DNA from: Candidatus Poribacteria bacterium
Lineage (GTDB): Bacteria > Poribacteria > WGA-4E > WGA-3G
Reading direction: 5' to 3'
Assembly (NCBI GenBank): GCA_965197475.1
Contig: CBDANF010000002.1
Coordinates: 1,184,001-1,248,000, forward strand
DNA: 64,000 bases
Shown here: piece after piece, positions 10,036 to 21,200 of the stretch
How positions within the stretch are numbered: the stretch's first letter is position 1
How the letters are laid out: every line of letters begins with the position of its first letter
Position numbers and translations under genes: made by a program
The notes under the pieces: model-generated
What the model was told of the DNA's origin: nothing
Database searches by the model: none
The model's input: the letters and a program-made list of their open reading frames with translations, nothing else

Positions 10036-10471
10036 AGTTCTCCTTACTATAAAGTTGTTCACTTTGCGCCGCTGCGTTCAGCGGACAAGGTGCTTTCTGT
10101 TGTGGACAAATCGGTTGCTGTTCCACTTTTGGACAGTCCTTCTGTGTCCATTCAGGGCAAGGGGTTGTGTCTGTCTGTGTAGCATCAATCATTTTTATTG
10201 TGCCAAACAGTAACCCGCCGCCGATACAGACAATAAGTGCCGCTGTGAGTCCTATCTTTCGCCTACGTTGCTTTTTCGGTTTCGGGGTGTCCTGTTGTGT
10301 GTCCATCTGTTTTAAGGACAAGAATCCCCAGCACGAGATCGTGAGTGCAACGATACTCAGATGGATTCCGTGCTGCTCAAAAAAGAGTGCGAAGTACGAG
10401 ATAGCGGTGAGTCCACCGAATGCAGCCACGGCTGCGATGTCGGCATTCGCTGTAAAAAATCTTGTTTTCAC
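10025..10471 (-). CDS. Small 3-TM membrane protein (cassette B gene 1)
   Basis: Paralog of 6412-6858; GGAGG RBS. Confidence 0.75.
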   Translation of the reverse strand: MKTRFFTANADIAAVAAFGGLTAISYFALFFEQHGIHLSIVALTISCWGFLSLKQMDTQQDTPKPKKQRRRKIGLTAALIVCIGGGLLFGTIKMIDATQTDTTPCPEWTQKDCPKVEQQPICPQQKAPCPLNAAAQSEQLYSKENYDE

Positions 10472-10587
10472 AATTATATATCCTCCATTAAAATTTGTCA
10501 AGTAAAACTATCTGTTATATCCTATCGTTGTGCATAGTACACGTGCACAACAAGGATGACAAGCATTGAAACACTTTCCAATGCAAC

Positions 10588-10639
10588 AACAAAAGCCCGC
10601 GACGAGACACTCCGTGTGAAACGAAGCGCGCGTGCGGGC
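10588..10639 (-). terminator. Leader intrinsic-terminator candidate, cassette B
   Basis: Minus strand GCCCGCACG...CGTCGCGGGC followed by TTTTGTTGTT. Confidence 0.55.
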
Positions 10640-10699
10640 GCGAAAATATCGCAGCTGCTAACATCTGCGATAAGACCTTGAAAACTAAATTGGTTAAAA

Positions 10700-10846
10700 T
10701 TAACGAATGTGAAGTGGGGGGGGGGTAGTTAACTTATAGTTAAAATATGTCAACCGACGTATGCCGCATAGACAAACCCTGCTCAGGTAACAGGTGTCCG
10801 GCGCGATTATTTTTTGGCTTGTGGTTTTGATATGTCGGCCCCTCAT
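10700..10846 (-). CDS. 48-aa leader uORF crossing a C10 tract (MRGRHIKT...KLTTPPPLHIR)
   Basis: Co-linear with 7085-7231. Confidence 0.55.
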   Translation of the reverse strand: MRGRHIKTTSQKIIAPDTCYLSRVCLCGIRRLTYFNYKLTTPPPLHIR

Positions 10847-11029
10847 TGCCAAATCCCCTTATGCGAAAAAATACGGTTTGCGGCGGTGCAACTTTCCACT
10901 TCCCAGAATTTCTATGTTGCACGCGGATATTATCCATAACTAAACCTAATTACGTGTGTATTGCCTCCTAAGTTACAGTAAATACGAACTTTTTCAAAAA
11001 TCGTAAAATTTAAGTTTTAAAATTGTCGC

Positions 11030-11059
11030 TTGACTTTTTTCTGCAATTTATGCTAAACT
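11030..11059 (+). promoter_or_regulatory. Sigma70-type promoter candidate
   Basis: TTGACT-N18-TAAACT with extended TG. Confidence 0.5.
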
Positions 11060-11243
11060 TTTGAAATAAGCAGGTTGTGCGCTGAACTCAATGATTTGTT
11101 GGCAGACATAAGGGTTTTGCCCTCCGTCTAAAGGACGCAGTACATGCACAGAGGTTCTGTGACGGACTCACCTGCAAACCCTTGTGAATACAAGTGGCAA
11201 TAAAGATTTGACAAAAGTTTAATCAAGGAGGCTTATCTCTATC

Positions 11244-12017
11244 ATGCGTTTTTTTAGTTTTTTATTCATACCCATTTTCCTCGTTTCAATCGTTGGATGT
11301 TTTGGAGACGGTGAGGTTAATATTAAAACTCCGCCATCTTTTAGCGAGGTGAAAAAAGTTGTTATCACGCCTTTTATTACTGAAGATGAATCGAAGGAGA
11401 CACAGGAACTTGGCAAGCGACTTAGCGTCAATTTGGCAAACCGTTTTGAGCTTATTTTTAAAGACCTTGGATGGGTTTTTGACATATCGGAGAAAGTTCG
11501 CCCGGTAGGCGAAAAAGTTGAGGAGCTCGGATTAACATTAAATGATGTTTACACAGATCCAGCCTTGGCGGCTAAAGCAGGTCAGGCACTTGATGCGGAC
11601 ATGATCATCACAGGGATGGTTTTGACCCCTAAACTCCGCCGTAAGGATAGCGATGAACATCTCATGCGTCAAGGCAGACAAACTGGAATTTCAGGAACAT
11701 CTACCTATATCACAACCCGGCAGGATGCAATCGGTGGAGTACGTGTCAAGGTTATTCATGTAGCATCAGGCAAAATTCTCTATAACAATAAGATTAGTTC
11801 TTTTCTCAAGTATTGGTTTGCCTATCAAACGCAGCAGAGTGGCCAAGTTGTTTTTAAAGAGGAAGTGGAGATGCTTGCTGATTTAGGAAAACAGTTACCA
11901 CTCCGAATTTCGTATATGCTTTACCCAAGTGGACTGAAAAGGGATCCTGAAGAAAAGGTTTTGCTGAAACCAGATCTCATTCTCAAAGGCACATCCGGCA
12001 TATTTAAATTCGATTAG
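11244..12017 (+). CDS. Lipoprotein (CsgG/LpoB-like fold suspected)
   Basis: Lipobox IVGC; AAGGAGG RBS; alpha/beta pattern ALDADMIITG. Confidence 0.7.
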   Translation: MRFFSFLFIPIFLVSIVGCFGDGEVNIKTPPSFSEVKKVVITPFITEDESKETQELGKRLSVNLANRFELIFKDLGWVFDISEKVRPVGEKVEELGLTLNDVYTDPALAAKAGQALDADMIITGMVLTPKLRRKDSDEHLMRQGRQTGISGTSTYITTRQDAIGGVRVKVIHVASGKILYNNKISSFLKYWFAYQTQQSGQVVFKEEVEMLADLGKQLPLRISYMLYPSGLKRDPEEKVLLKPDLILKGTSGIFKFD

Positions 12018-12046
12018 AATTACCTTTAATGCCGGTTTTAAGCCTA

Positions 12047-12086
12047 AAGGCGGACGGAAGTTTGAGCTTCGGCCCGCCTTGTTTTT
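12047..12086 (+). terminator. Intrinsic terminator
   Basis: AAGGCGG...CCGCCTT stem then GTTTTT. Confidence 0.65.
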
Positions 12087-12121
12087 AATAAGGTTCATGT
12101 TTTTCTTTATCAATTATACTC

Positions 12122-12668
12122 TACTATAGTTTGGACAATTTTTAAGGTTCTTGTGTGAGATATTGAATTTATGGAAACGCCTTATACCAAATTAGTGGAT
12201 TAGTTTTATTTTTCTGGGCAGACTGCGCGCTTACATGAAGATTAAGAATTTAATCGGGTAATTTACAGTTTCCCCGGGGCTGGTAGGTGCGGTTTCCTAA
12301 CCGCTTAGCTCCAACCCGGTAGGTGCGGCTTCCAACCGCACCGGAACTTATGGAATATGCGTCCGATAGCCATTTTCGCAAACGACTCGGTGCGGTTAGA
12401 AACCGCACCTACCGGTAACGGAGCAAATTAGAATTACCGAATTAATTTGTTAATCTTCATCAAAGCGTGCCTACCGAGTGGGATCAAGTTAATTTGGTAT
12501 TAGACATCAATAAGATTTTATTTATACACATTTCGCCCGGCTGGGCTGCTTATTGCTGTACCCGAAATATTTTTCTGTGAGTTACGATCCTGTGAAAAAC
12601 TCATAGAAAAATCGGAAAATACTTGAAAACTCAACATGAAACAGACAGAAATTGTCCCAACTTTCGTA
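12122..12668. mobile_element. TA-flanked MITE (TIR TACTATAGTTTGGACA family) containing two nested MITE-like elements
   Basis: Terminal IRs; body matches 21836-22114; inner IR pairs at ~12182/12502 and ~12225/12470. Confidence 0.7.
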
Positions 12669-12672
12669 TACT

Positions 12673-13143
12673 CTAAGATAACGTTGGATTAGTATCTTGA
12701 AAAAAATCGTAAATTTGGCGCGCGTAGGCTTTACCATGTTGTAGGAGTTCCGAAGATACATCGTAGAGTTCGGGGGCTGGCAGTCCCTCATAAGGGTTGG
12801 CTATTTTCTGAGAACAGGTTAAGGCGTGTTCAAAGAAATTTAGCGTTTTAAGATCAATTACGCCACTTTCTTGAACTGCACGAAAGCCATGGTATTTTTG
12901 GTATGGAGGTGTCTTACCGCTAAATTCTATTATGGCATTGTTTATGTCTACTGCCCGTTGCACAATCATTAGGAAACAACTTTTGACATAAGAATGCGTC
13001 AACCTATCAGCTGCTATATATTCATCTTTGTTTGCGGGCAGCCCGTTCTGCAATTGACCGAAACATTCCTCCATATACGCCAATTTTGCCTTAACAGGAT
13101 TGAACTGACGCTGCAATGGTGTTTTTTGAGAGGTTTTTGACAT
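12673..13143 (-). CDS. DUF86/HepT-like HEPN protein, degenerate active site
   Basis: IVQRAVDINNAII and LQ/VQESGVID pattern; SQKIANPY in place of RNxxxH(xY). Confidence 0.6.
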   Translation of the reverse strand: MSKTSQKTPLQRQFNPVKAKLAYMEECFGQLQNGLPANKDEYIAADRLTHSYVKSCFLMIVQRAVDINNAIIEFSGKTPPYQKYHGFRAVQESGVIDLKTLNFFEHALTCSQKIANPYEGLPAPELYDVSSELLQHGKAYARQIYDFFQDTNPTLS

Positions 13144-13199
13144 TGTATACTCCTAAGGAAGAATTTATTACTGTCAATACGTAATCTTTAAAAAATTTG

Positions 13200-13396
13200 T
13201 TTATACACATTTCGCCCTGCTGGGGCTTGTTACGTTAAGGTTATCGTTTTCTATACACATTTCGCCCTGCTGGGGCTGCCTTTGCTGCACCTATAATAGT
13301 TTTTCTGTGGGTTACAACTTTGCACAAAACTCACAGAAAAATAGAAAAATACTTGAGAACACAACATGAAACAGACAGAATTGTCCAAACTTTAGT
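13200..13396. mobile_element. Right half of the same MITE family
   Basis: Matches 21975-22113; ends TTGTCCAAACTTTAGT. Confidence 0.7.
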
Positions 13397-13407
13397 TCAT
13401 TAAAAAT

Positions 13408-13533
13408 TATACCAAATTACCTTGATTAGAAGTTTTCTGATAAAGTCAGCGTTGTGAGGCACCAAATCAACGCCGAATACGCGTATGGTATTCGTAGGGG
13501 ACCTTGTACTACAAATTAGGTTAATGTGATATT
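13408..13533. mobile_element. MITE-like element (TATACCAAATTA ends)
   Basis: Left end matches 12182; right end degenerate. Confidence 0.45.
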
Positions 13534-13637
13534 AGACGTGATTTAATTAGAAAAGTTGTAACAGAACCCAAAATTAAAGAAATTGGCGGGACAAAATAGT
13601 ATATGATAAAATTCTAAATGGTCGTAGAGGCAGAATA

Positions 13638-14615
13638 ATGAAAGCGATTACGAGAATCGGTGATGGCGGACCAGAAGTCCTGCAATTAGGCGAGGTGTCT
13701 CCGCCTCAGCCGACAGAAACGCAACTTCTGGTGGATGTGAAGGCGGCTGCGCTAAATCGCGCTGACTTAATTCAACGGCGCGGTGGGTATCCACCGCCAC
13801 CAGGTGAGTCCGAAATACTCGGTTTAGAAATTGCTGGCATAGTCTCAGGGATGGGAGCGGCAGTCAACGGATTTAACGAAGGTGGTAAGGTTTTTGGACT
13901 CGTCGGGGGTGGAGGTTATGCGGAACAGGTGGTTATTGATTACCGCATGGCGATGTTGATACCAGAAGAATGGAGTTTTGAAGAGGCTGCTGCTGTTCCA
14001 GAGGTGTTTTTTACCGCAAATGAGAATATTTTCACATTAGGACGATTATCAGCTGGCGAGACTATTTTAATTCATGCGGGCGGAAGTGGTGTAGGCACTG
14101 CGGGTATACAGATCGCCCGTCGTGCTGGGGCTCGTGTGTTTGTCACCGCAGGGACATCCGATAAAATTGATAACTGCAAAGCATTGGGTGCTATAGCGGG
14201 TATTGACTATAAGCAATCTGATTTTGTTGCTGAAATTAAGCGGTTGACGGTTGGAGAATGTGTGGATGTCGTATTAGACTTTATCGGTGCCCCATATCTG
14301 GCGCGGAACTTGCAGATACTCAAAACGAAAGGCCGTTTATTGCAAGTTGGGTTAATGGGCGGTTCGGCAGCAGAAATAGACTTAGGAATGGTGATGCGCA
14401 AACGCTTGCAGATTATCGGCTCCGTAATGCGTCCGCAGTCACTTGATGAAAAAATATCTATCACGCAGCGATTTGTAGACCGTTGGTTACCTGAGTTGAA
14501 GACAGGGACACTCCGGCCAGTGATTGATTCTGTGTACCCTTTAGCACAAGTGCGTGAAGCACATGCGTATATGGAAGCAAATCGTAATTTTGGTAAGATT
14601 ATTTTGAAGGTATAA
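13638..14615 (+). CDS. NAD(P)H-quinone oxidoreductase (MDR/PIG3 family)
   Basis: LNRADLIQRRGGYPPPPG, HAGGSGVGTA, GKIIL motifs. Confidence 0.9.
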   Translation: MKAITRIGDGGPEVLQLGEVSPPQPTETQLLVDVKAAALNRADLIQRRGGYPPPPGESEILGLEIAGIVSGMGAAVNGFNEGGKVFGLVGGGGYAEQVVIDYRMAMLIPEEWSFEEAAAVPEVFFTANENIFTLGRLSAGETILIHAGGSGVGTAGIQIARRAGARVFVTAGTSDKIDNCKALGAIAGIDYKQSDFVAEIKRLTVGECVDVVLDFIGAPYLARNLQILKTKGRLLQVGLMGGSAAEIDLGMVMRKRLQIIGSVMRPQSLDEKISITQRFVDRWLPELKTGTLRPVIDSVYPLAQVREAHAYMEANRNFGKIILKV

Positions 14616-14790
14616 TCGGAGAGTTAGTGCCAAATTGCTACAGAAGTTTATTTTACCGTGAGTTTGACTAAAGCGCGTAGTGCATCAACGCGAAGTGTGT
14701 TTGTGGCACTTGGGCAGGGTTCAACAACGTGAAACCTAACACTGCAGCTGTTGTAAAGGTAATAACATGTTGGGTTTCGCAAGCTCTACC

Positions 14791-15054
14791 CATACCTGTT
14801 AATTTAAGGAATTGAAACCGTTTTTTAGCGGTGGGGTGTAGCCTCGTAGAGGCGGTATGTTTATAGAAAAGGCATTACCCCGCGTTCCTGAGCCTCGTAG
14901 AGGCGGTATGTGTATAAAATCTATATGTCACTCCTACGGAGTTCAACAAGTGTGAGAAGCATATTTCTATAAACATATCGTTCCTACGGAACTGAAGAAA
15001 TCGGGCGGACAAAGTCCTCTCACAAGAAAGATAATACGCTAATTGACACCTATG
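14791..15054. mobile_element. MITE with CAT-terminated IRs inserted in a REP-like palindrome
   Basis: CATACCTGTTAATT / AATTGACACCTATG ends; 18-bp direct repeats at 14773-14790 and 15055-15072. Confidence 0.65.
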
Positions 15055-15231
15055 GGTTTCGCAAGCTCTACCCAACCTACGGATACTGAACCACAACATA
15101 AATAATTGTGGGTATTCTAATAATTCCACATTTTTTGAAGAAAAACAGATCGGTTTTCAACTAAAACTAACAATTACATCTCAATATTACATCAAGTTTA
15201 AGATATACACTTCAACCCATTTATTAAGGTT

Positions 15232-18200
15232 TTGATAATGCTCTCAATTGAACATTGGCATGGGAGATCGGCAGCTTTGTGTAAACGTATTGTGCACGCG
15301 TTGCTATACGTAATGCAGCGTTTCTTAAGTGTGTCTCCCAGAATATCAGTGTGTCTCATGCACGCATGCTGCCTCATTTTCGTATCGGTTTTGTTTGTCT
15401 TTAGTTTTACTGCTGTTGCTGATGTTACCCAAGTGACCTCAGCAGATGGCATTACTGTAACTTTCAAACTTCCGCAACTTCAGGTTACGCAAGTTACACC
15501 AGATGCAGATTTTAAAGATGCAGAGGTAGGTGGTGTATACCACACAGTGCGATATTCAGAATGCGGTTGGATTCGAGAGCCAGGTTTTCCCAGATTGCCG
15601 GTCACACGTCTGTTTTTAGCTGTTCCCGCCGATGCCCAACTGAACAACGCTGATGTTTCTGTCAACGCGGGGTCTTCACAAACCCATAACGGTGTGAGGC
15701 TTTTGCAAAGCGAAAAAGAGATACCGCTGAGTACCGAGGGTGTTTCTATTGCAGCAGGACCTTTACAAACCGATGGCGGTGCGGGGTTTATCCAAAATAA
15801 AAAAGGGGCGAATCCTAATTCTGGTTCCGATCGGTATCCGGCAGTGTTAGCACGTATAGAGATGGATGGTTACATCCGTTCCCAACGCGTCATCAGTTTG
15901 GCTTTGCATCCAGTGCAGTATAATACTGCGACGCGTGAACTTCGTTCTTATAGCAGTCTCAATGTCTTTATTCCTTTTCATTCACAATTGAAAGCTCGTG
16001 CGGCTGCTGCTACACTTGCCCCTAACCTAACAAACTTAACACATACAGCTTCTCCTTATGAACAGACCTTTTCACGGCATATTCTCAACTACGCACAATA
16101 CCGTACGTTATTCAACAGCGGATTGGAAACAGGCAGATCTTTTCGTGCCGATACTGAAATGTTTCCTGCTGCGCCTGCTGCACCGGGGCTTACCGACAAA
16201 TCATTTCAGACCCGTTACAAACTCTATATTGATGAAACTGGCGTATATAAGGTTACGGGAGCATCTCTCCGCACCAACTGGGGTATTGATCTTATAGGTG
16301 TTGATCCGAGAAAACTTCGTCTTACACATGGGGATCAGGAAATTCCTATCTACGTTAGCGGTGCGGTGGATGGAAGTTTTGACGCAGAAGATGCGATCTT
16401 TTTCTTAGCACACGGTTCTACTGACCCTGAGAGTCCTGTCCGAAAGAATGCATATACGTTGTGGAATGTCTATTGGTTGAGTATTGCTACGGAAGGACAA
16501 AATCCGGTACGCGTGCCACAAATTGAAGCGAGTCCAAGTGATGCAACAGCAGTTCAAGTCCCAACTTTCCGCTCGCGCGTCGTTTTTGAGGAGGATCGCC
16601 TCACCAATAACCTCGAATTCGTCTATCCGGAAACCGTTGCAGCTGGTGATAAACACAAGTGGTTTGATGCGTTAGACTTTTGGTACTGGGACGGTATCAA
16701 AAATTCGAGCGATATTGGGGAATTACGACTTAATTTTCCACTCCATGACATCGCGAAAAGCTTTGATCCGCCACAGATACAGGTTGTGTTACAAGGTGGA
16801 ACACCCGTGCCTCATGAAATTCTCGTAGCAGTTAATGGTGTTCGGGTTGATCTTGCCAAGTGGGATAGTCAAGCACAAGTGACTCTTGCAAAGAATCTCC
16901 GTGTTTGGAATAACCTCAAAGATGCAGCGAAAGGCGAAACCAATGTTCTTTCTCTAACGCGTATTGACACCACCTTTGAAGAGGACACAACCCGTTATCC
17001 GTATCATATCTATCTCAACCGGTTCTGGGTTGACTATACGCGTCTCTTTTTAGCTGTAAACGGTCAACTCCGTTTTGGTACTCCTGTCAAGACAGGGCGC
17101 GAGAATGAAAATAAAAGTGTTACACATCAATTTCGTATTGATGCTTTCCTTGATTCGCAGATTTCCGTTTTCGAAACAGATGGGAACATACTTACGGCAA
17201 AACTTCAAGGTGTTCATGTTGCGCGCCATGCGACAGATGATGTCATGCGCGAGCGGCTCAAAGTATTGAATTCTGGTGACCTCAGAGCGGTGCCAAATAA
17301 CACCTATACAGCGACTTTTCAGGTGCCGGATACCCGAACAACCGAGTTTATAGCGGTGTCTGATACCGCACTTCGGAAACCTATTCAGGTAGAAACAGTT
17401 CCTCCAAGTGATTTACGGGACCCATTGAACGGTGTGGATTACCTTGTTTTGACACATCCAAGATTTCGCGATGCCGCCGACAGGTTAGGAAACTGGCGTT
17501 CAACAGCAGACGGTGGTGGATACCGAACCAAGGTTGTGGACATTAATGATGTTTACAACACTTTTGGTGACGGAAAGGTTCATCCTATCTGGATTAAAAA
17601 TTTTCTGACGTATGCGTATCAAAATTGGGCACCGCCAGCACTCTCATATTTAGTGATCTTCGGTGATGGCACCTACGATTTTCGAGGTATTGACAAAGAA
17701 ATCTATTCTGAACCACCAGAACTTTCAGGTTATATACCCACCCACTATATTTCAACAGATTCCTTCGGCAGAACAGCCGCGGACCATTGGTATGCCACAG
17801 TTTCCGGACACGATGAATTTGTCGATTTTTATCTCGGTAGATTAACTGTTGAAAATGAGGTGGAAGCAGACACAGTTGTTGATAAGATTATCAATTATGA
17901 AGCGCGACGTCCTAACGGTGCGTGGCGGCGGCGGATTATCTCTGTTGCTGATGATGAAGTTAGCAACTCTGGAGATTTTATTTTTAAAAAAAGTCTCAAC
18001 GAAATTGCCAAAGACCGTACACGACTCGGATATGAAACTGTTGAAATTTATCTTGAAGATGTCATAGATGAGGTTGAAGCAAAGCCCGACGAATTCCCTG
18101 GGATTCTTCCTCGGCACGTTGCGAAAGGTAGGATTATTGATGCTTTAGGCGAGGGCGCAGCCATAGCACAATACGCCGGACATGGTGGGCGTATTGTTTG

Positions 18201-21200
18201 GGCACACGAAGCCATTTTTGATAACGCTTCAATTGATAAGGTTGAGGAGACCGGACATCTTCCGTTTATGTTGGTGTTGAGTTGCTATAACGGGTATTTT
18301 GACGCGCCAGGTGAACCGAGTATGGCGGAAAAACTGCTCCGGAAAAAAAGGGGTGGTATCATCGGCATGCTCAGTGCAACGCGACTTACCTACGGTAACG
18401 GGAACGAGGCACTCAACCAAATTATTTTTGATATGCTGTTCCAACGCGATGTTCGACAACTCGGTCCCCTCAGTTTTGATTCTAAACTTGAATTCCTACT
18501 GACAGAGGGCACGGGGCAGCTTAACATCATGCTTGAATATACGCTTTTCGGTGACCCTGCGATGCGTATCGCCATGGCAGATTATGACATCATTCCCGAA
18601 ATTGAGACGAAGACGGTCAAAGCAGGTGATACCCTCAAAATCGCCCCTGGATTCATTCAAACTGCCCGCTATGATGCCGCAGCAAAGCGGAAGGTTTTTA
18701 CACGGAATACGAGTTTTGATGGGGAACTCACAGTAAAAGCGGTTTTTCCCGGACAACAATTGGTCGGTGAAGATAAAACCGGTGCACCGAAGGAATACTA
18801 CTCCGGCGATGTGGTTGTCCCAAAGACGATCTCTGTGAAGCGGGGCAGCTATCCTGCTGTTAAAATAAGCGTGCCTGATAACATTTCGCCCGGGGATGCA
18901 CATGTGGAGTATTATGCTGAAAATGCCACCGAAATCGCTGTTGGTGGTGATGGTTTCACTGTCGATGTGCCGAAAATACTTGATATAAAACCTCAATTAA
19001 TTACCACATCATCTGGTGAGGACATGATCGAAGTTTCCGTGCTTGTTTCTGATGATAAAAAGGCGACGGTTTCTGTCGTTTTAGAATGGAGAAACCCGGA
19101 GAACCCTGATGATAACAAGGTTTTTCTCATTCCTGCTGCAATAGTTCCCGAATCAACAACATCTTTGGTAGCCACGGCGAGGTGGTGGAAACTTCCTGAA
19201 CCTTTACCTGTGCCAACCGATGGATCCGCGTTTCGATACGATATTCAGGTTACGGATGAGGATGATTTTGTTGTGTACTCGGATTATCACCGATTCTATC
19301 CATATACGTATCCCAACCTTGCTGTGGTTTCTAACCGTGCTGCAAAAATTAGACAAATCACTTATAAGTTAGGTGGTCCTGAAGGCACAGCGAATGAACG
19401 TTTTTTGTCTGTTGATATTGAATTAACGGGCACCTCAAGTTCTCAGGATGAAGATGTTTCTGAGCACGACTTGATATCGGTACTAGGGCTTTCTGATGTT
19501 GATGTTGAAGTAGCCTTTTTTAGCGGAAACCCAGATATAGATGAAAATGGTATCGTTGACACGGAAGCGCATCTGATCGGTAGCACGAGAATATCACCGA
19601 AGGACTGGGTTACGCGAAATCCTCTACATCAACGTTCTAATGCCTATACACCTGATCCACTCAACACTAATCCAATCGCTACTGCCGCTATTCCAATATT
19701 CCTACGTAGCGGCATACATGACATTTTTGTATATGTCGATCCGATTTTTACCGACGCAGATGAACCTGGAAAAGTGCTTGAAAATAATGAAACAGATAAT
19801 ATCGGGTATAGACAACTTACTGTTTCAGGTAGCATCGTCGGGGAAGTGCCTGCTCGAATGGCGAGTGTTGATGGGGGTTTTAGGATAACTGCGCCTGCGG
19901 GTGCTGTTCAAAATAAATCTTCAGTTCTGACTGTTCTTCCTATTGTTTCAGATGCTGTGGATGCAGAGTACGCTTACTTGATCGGCGGGACAGGAGAGGT
20001 GAGAAATACCACACCGCATCTGCCGTTTCCTATTATCGGACGTGAACGAACAGGTGATCGCGAGGCTGGAATGCTGCTGCCAGTAGCACTTTCAACTCGT
20101 CCATTCCTACTTGGATACACACTGCATTTAAACGAAACCGAATCTGTTGAACAATGGGCTGATCAATGGAATTCATTTAAACTCCAGGCACCGGTTGCCG
20201 TTGAACTTGATTTTGATTGGGCAGCACTCCAGCAGGAAGTTATACGTGAACTTTTTGGGAGTGAGGCAAATGTGTCAATTGAGGGACCAGCTATAGAGAC
20301 AACCCTTAGTACCGCTGTAGAGGAACGAGTACGCAACATCGGCGCATATCTTTGGATTGACACTTTAGCTAATTGGGTACGTCTTGATTCTGAAATCAAA
20401 AGACATACTAACGGCGATATTTACACATCTACACGGGCTGCCCAAATCCGTTCCGATAACACTGGTGATGGAAGGCTTGACGATGTTGCAATTTCATCGC
20501 AAGGAGCTGACACAGGAACGTGGATAGTCCTTTTTGAGACTGCGCGAACCTATCGCCTTCTTTTTATGCCTCAAGAATCTGTTGCAGGAACAGGGGTAGA
20601 CGGGAACACTATGGGGCATCAATTAGAAGAAATTGAGAGAGGGATTTCCATTATATCTTTTAGTAATGTGAGGACAACTTCCACCGACGCTGCTCCCGGA
20701 TTTGCTATTGACATTGAAGAAGGAGAAACCCCTTTCCAATTCGGTGATATATTACGTTTCAACATCACGCAGATTGAAGTGCCAGGTGAGGGAGGCACTC
20801 AATTTTATGCGTCTTCTTTTATCAGTAGAAACAGAGGAGATGGAGCAATACAGTATCTTGACTTGGAACCGGAGACGACAATGCCACAAGATGTTTGGCT
20901 CATCATGTTTGTCTCCGCAACACAGTTTCAGATTGAGGGAAAAAACATTGGTGTCTTGGCGAAGAATGGAGCACCGATATACGGAACAGTCGGTAAACCT
21001 TTTGAACACAGCGATTATGGGTTAAGTCTGCTGATAACGCAGGGTCCCAGACCTTTTACTGCGGGGGACCGATTCCTGTTTGAAACCACCAAGGTCGGAA
21101 CAATTCAAGCGCAAACCTCCTATTTGGGAACAGTTACCTGTCTTCAAAGCGAGGATACGTTGCCTCCCAACATCCAGTTAACGATTGGCAACCAGCAGCA

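Larger units (their letters stand above)
7414..11011 (-). repeat. Cassette copy B of tandem duplication
   Basis: Matches copy A at both ends. Confidence 0.9.

Noticed and set aside
10740-10937. 65-aa ORF as the leader peptide
   Set aside because: Its start region is not conserved in copy A, unlike the 48-codon uORF
4088-11011. Integron cassette array
   Set aside because: No integrase and no convincing attC sites; each unit carries its own leader
11100-11190. c-di-GMP-I riboswitch or SRP RNA
   Set aside because: Only fragments (GGACGCA, GCAAACC) in the wrong order; no SRP GGAA-loop core
12283-13280. CRISPR array from recurring palindromes
   Set aside because: Irregular spacing, mixed orientation, no unique constant-length spacers, no cas genes; better explained as REP/MITE
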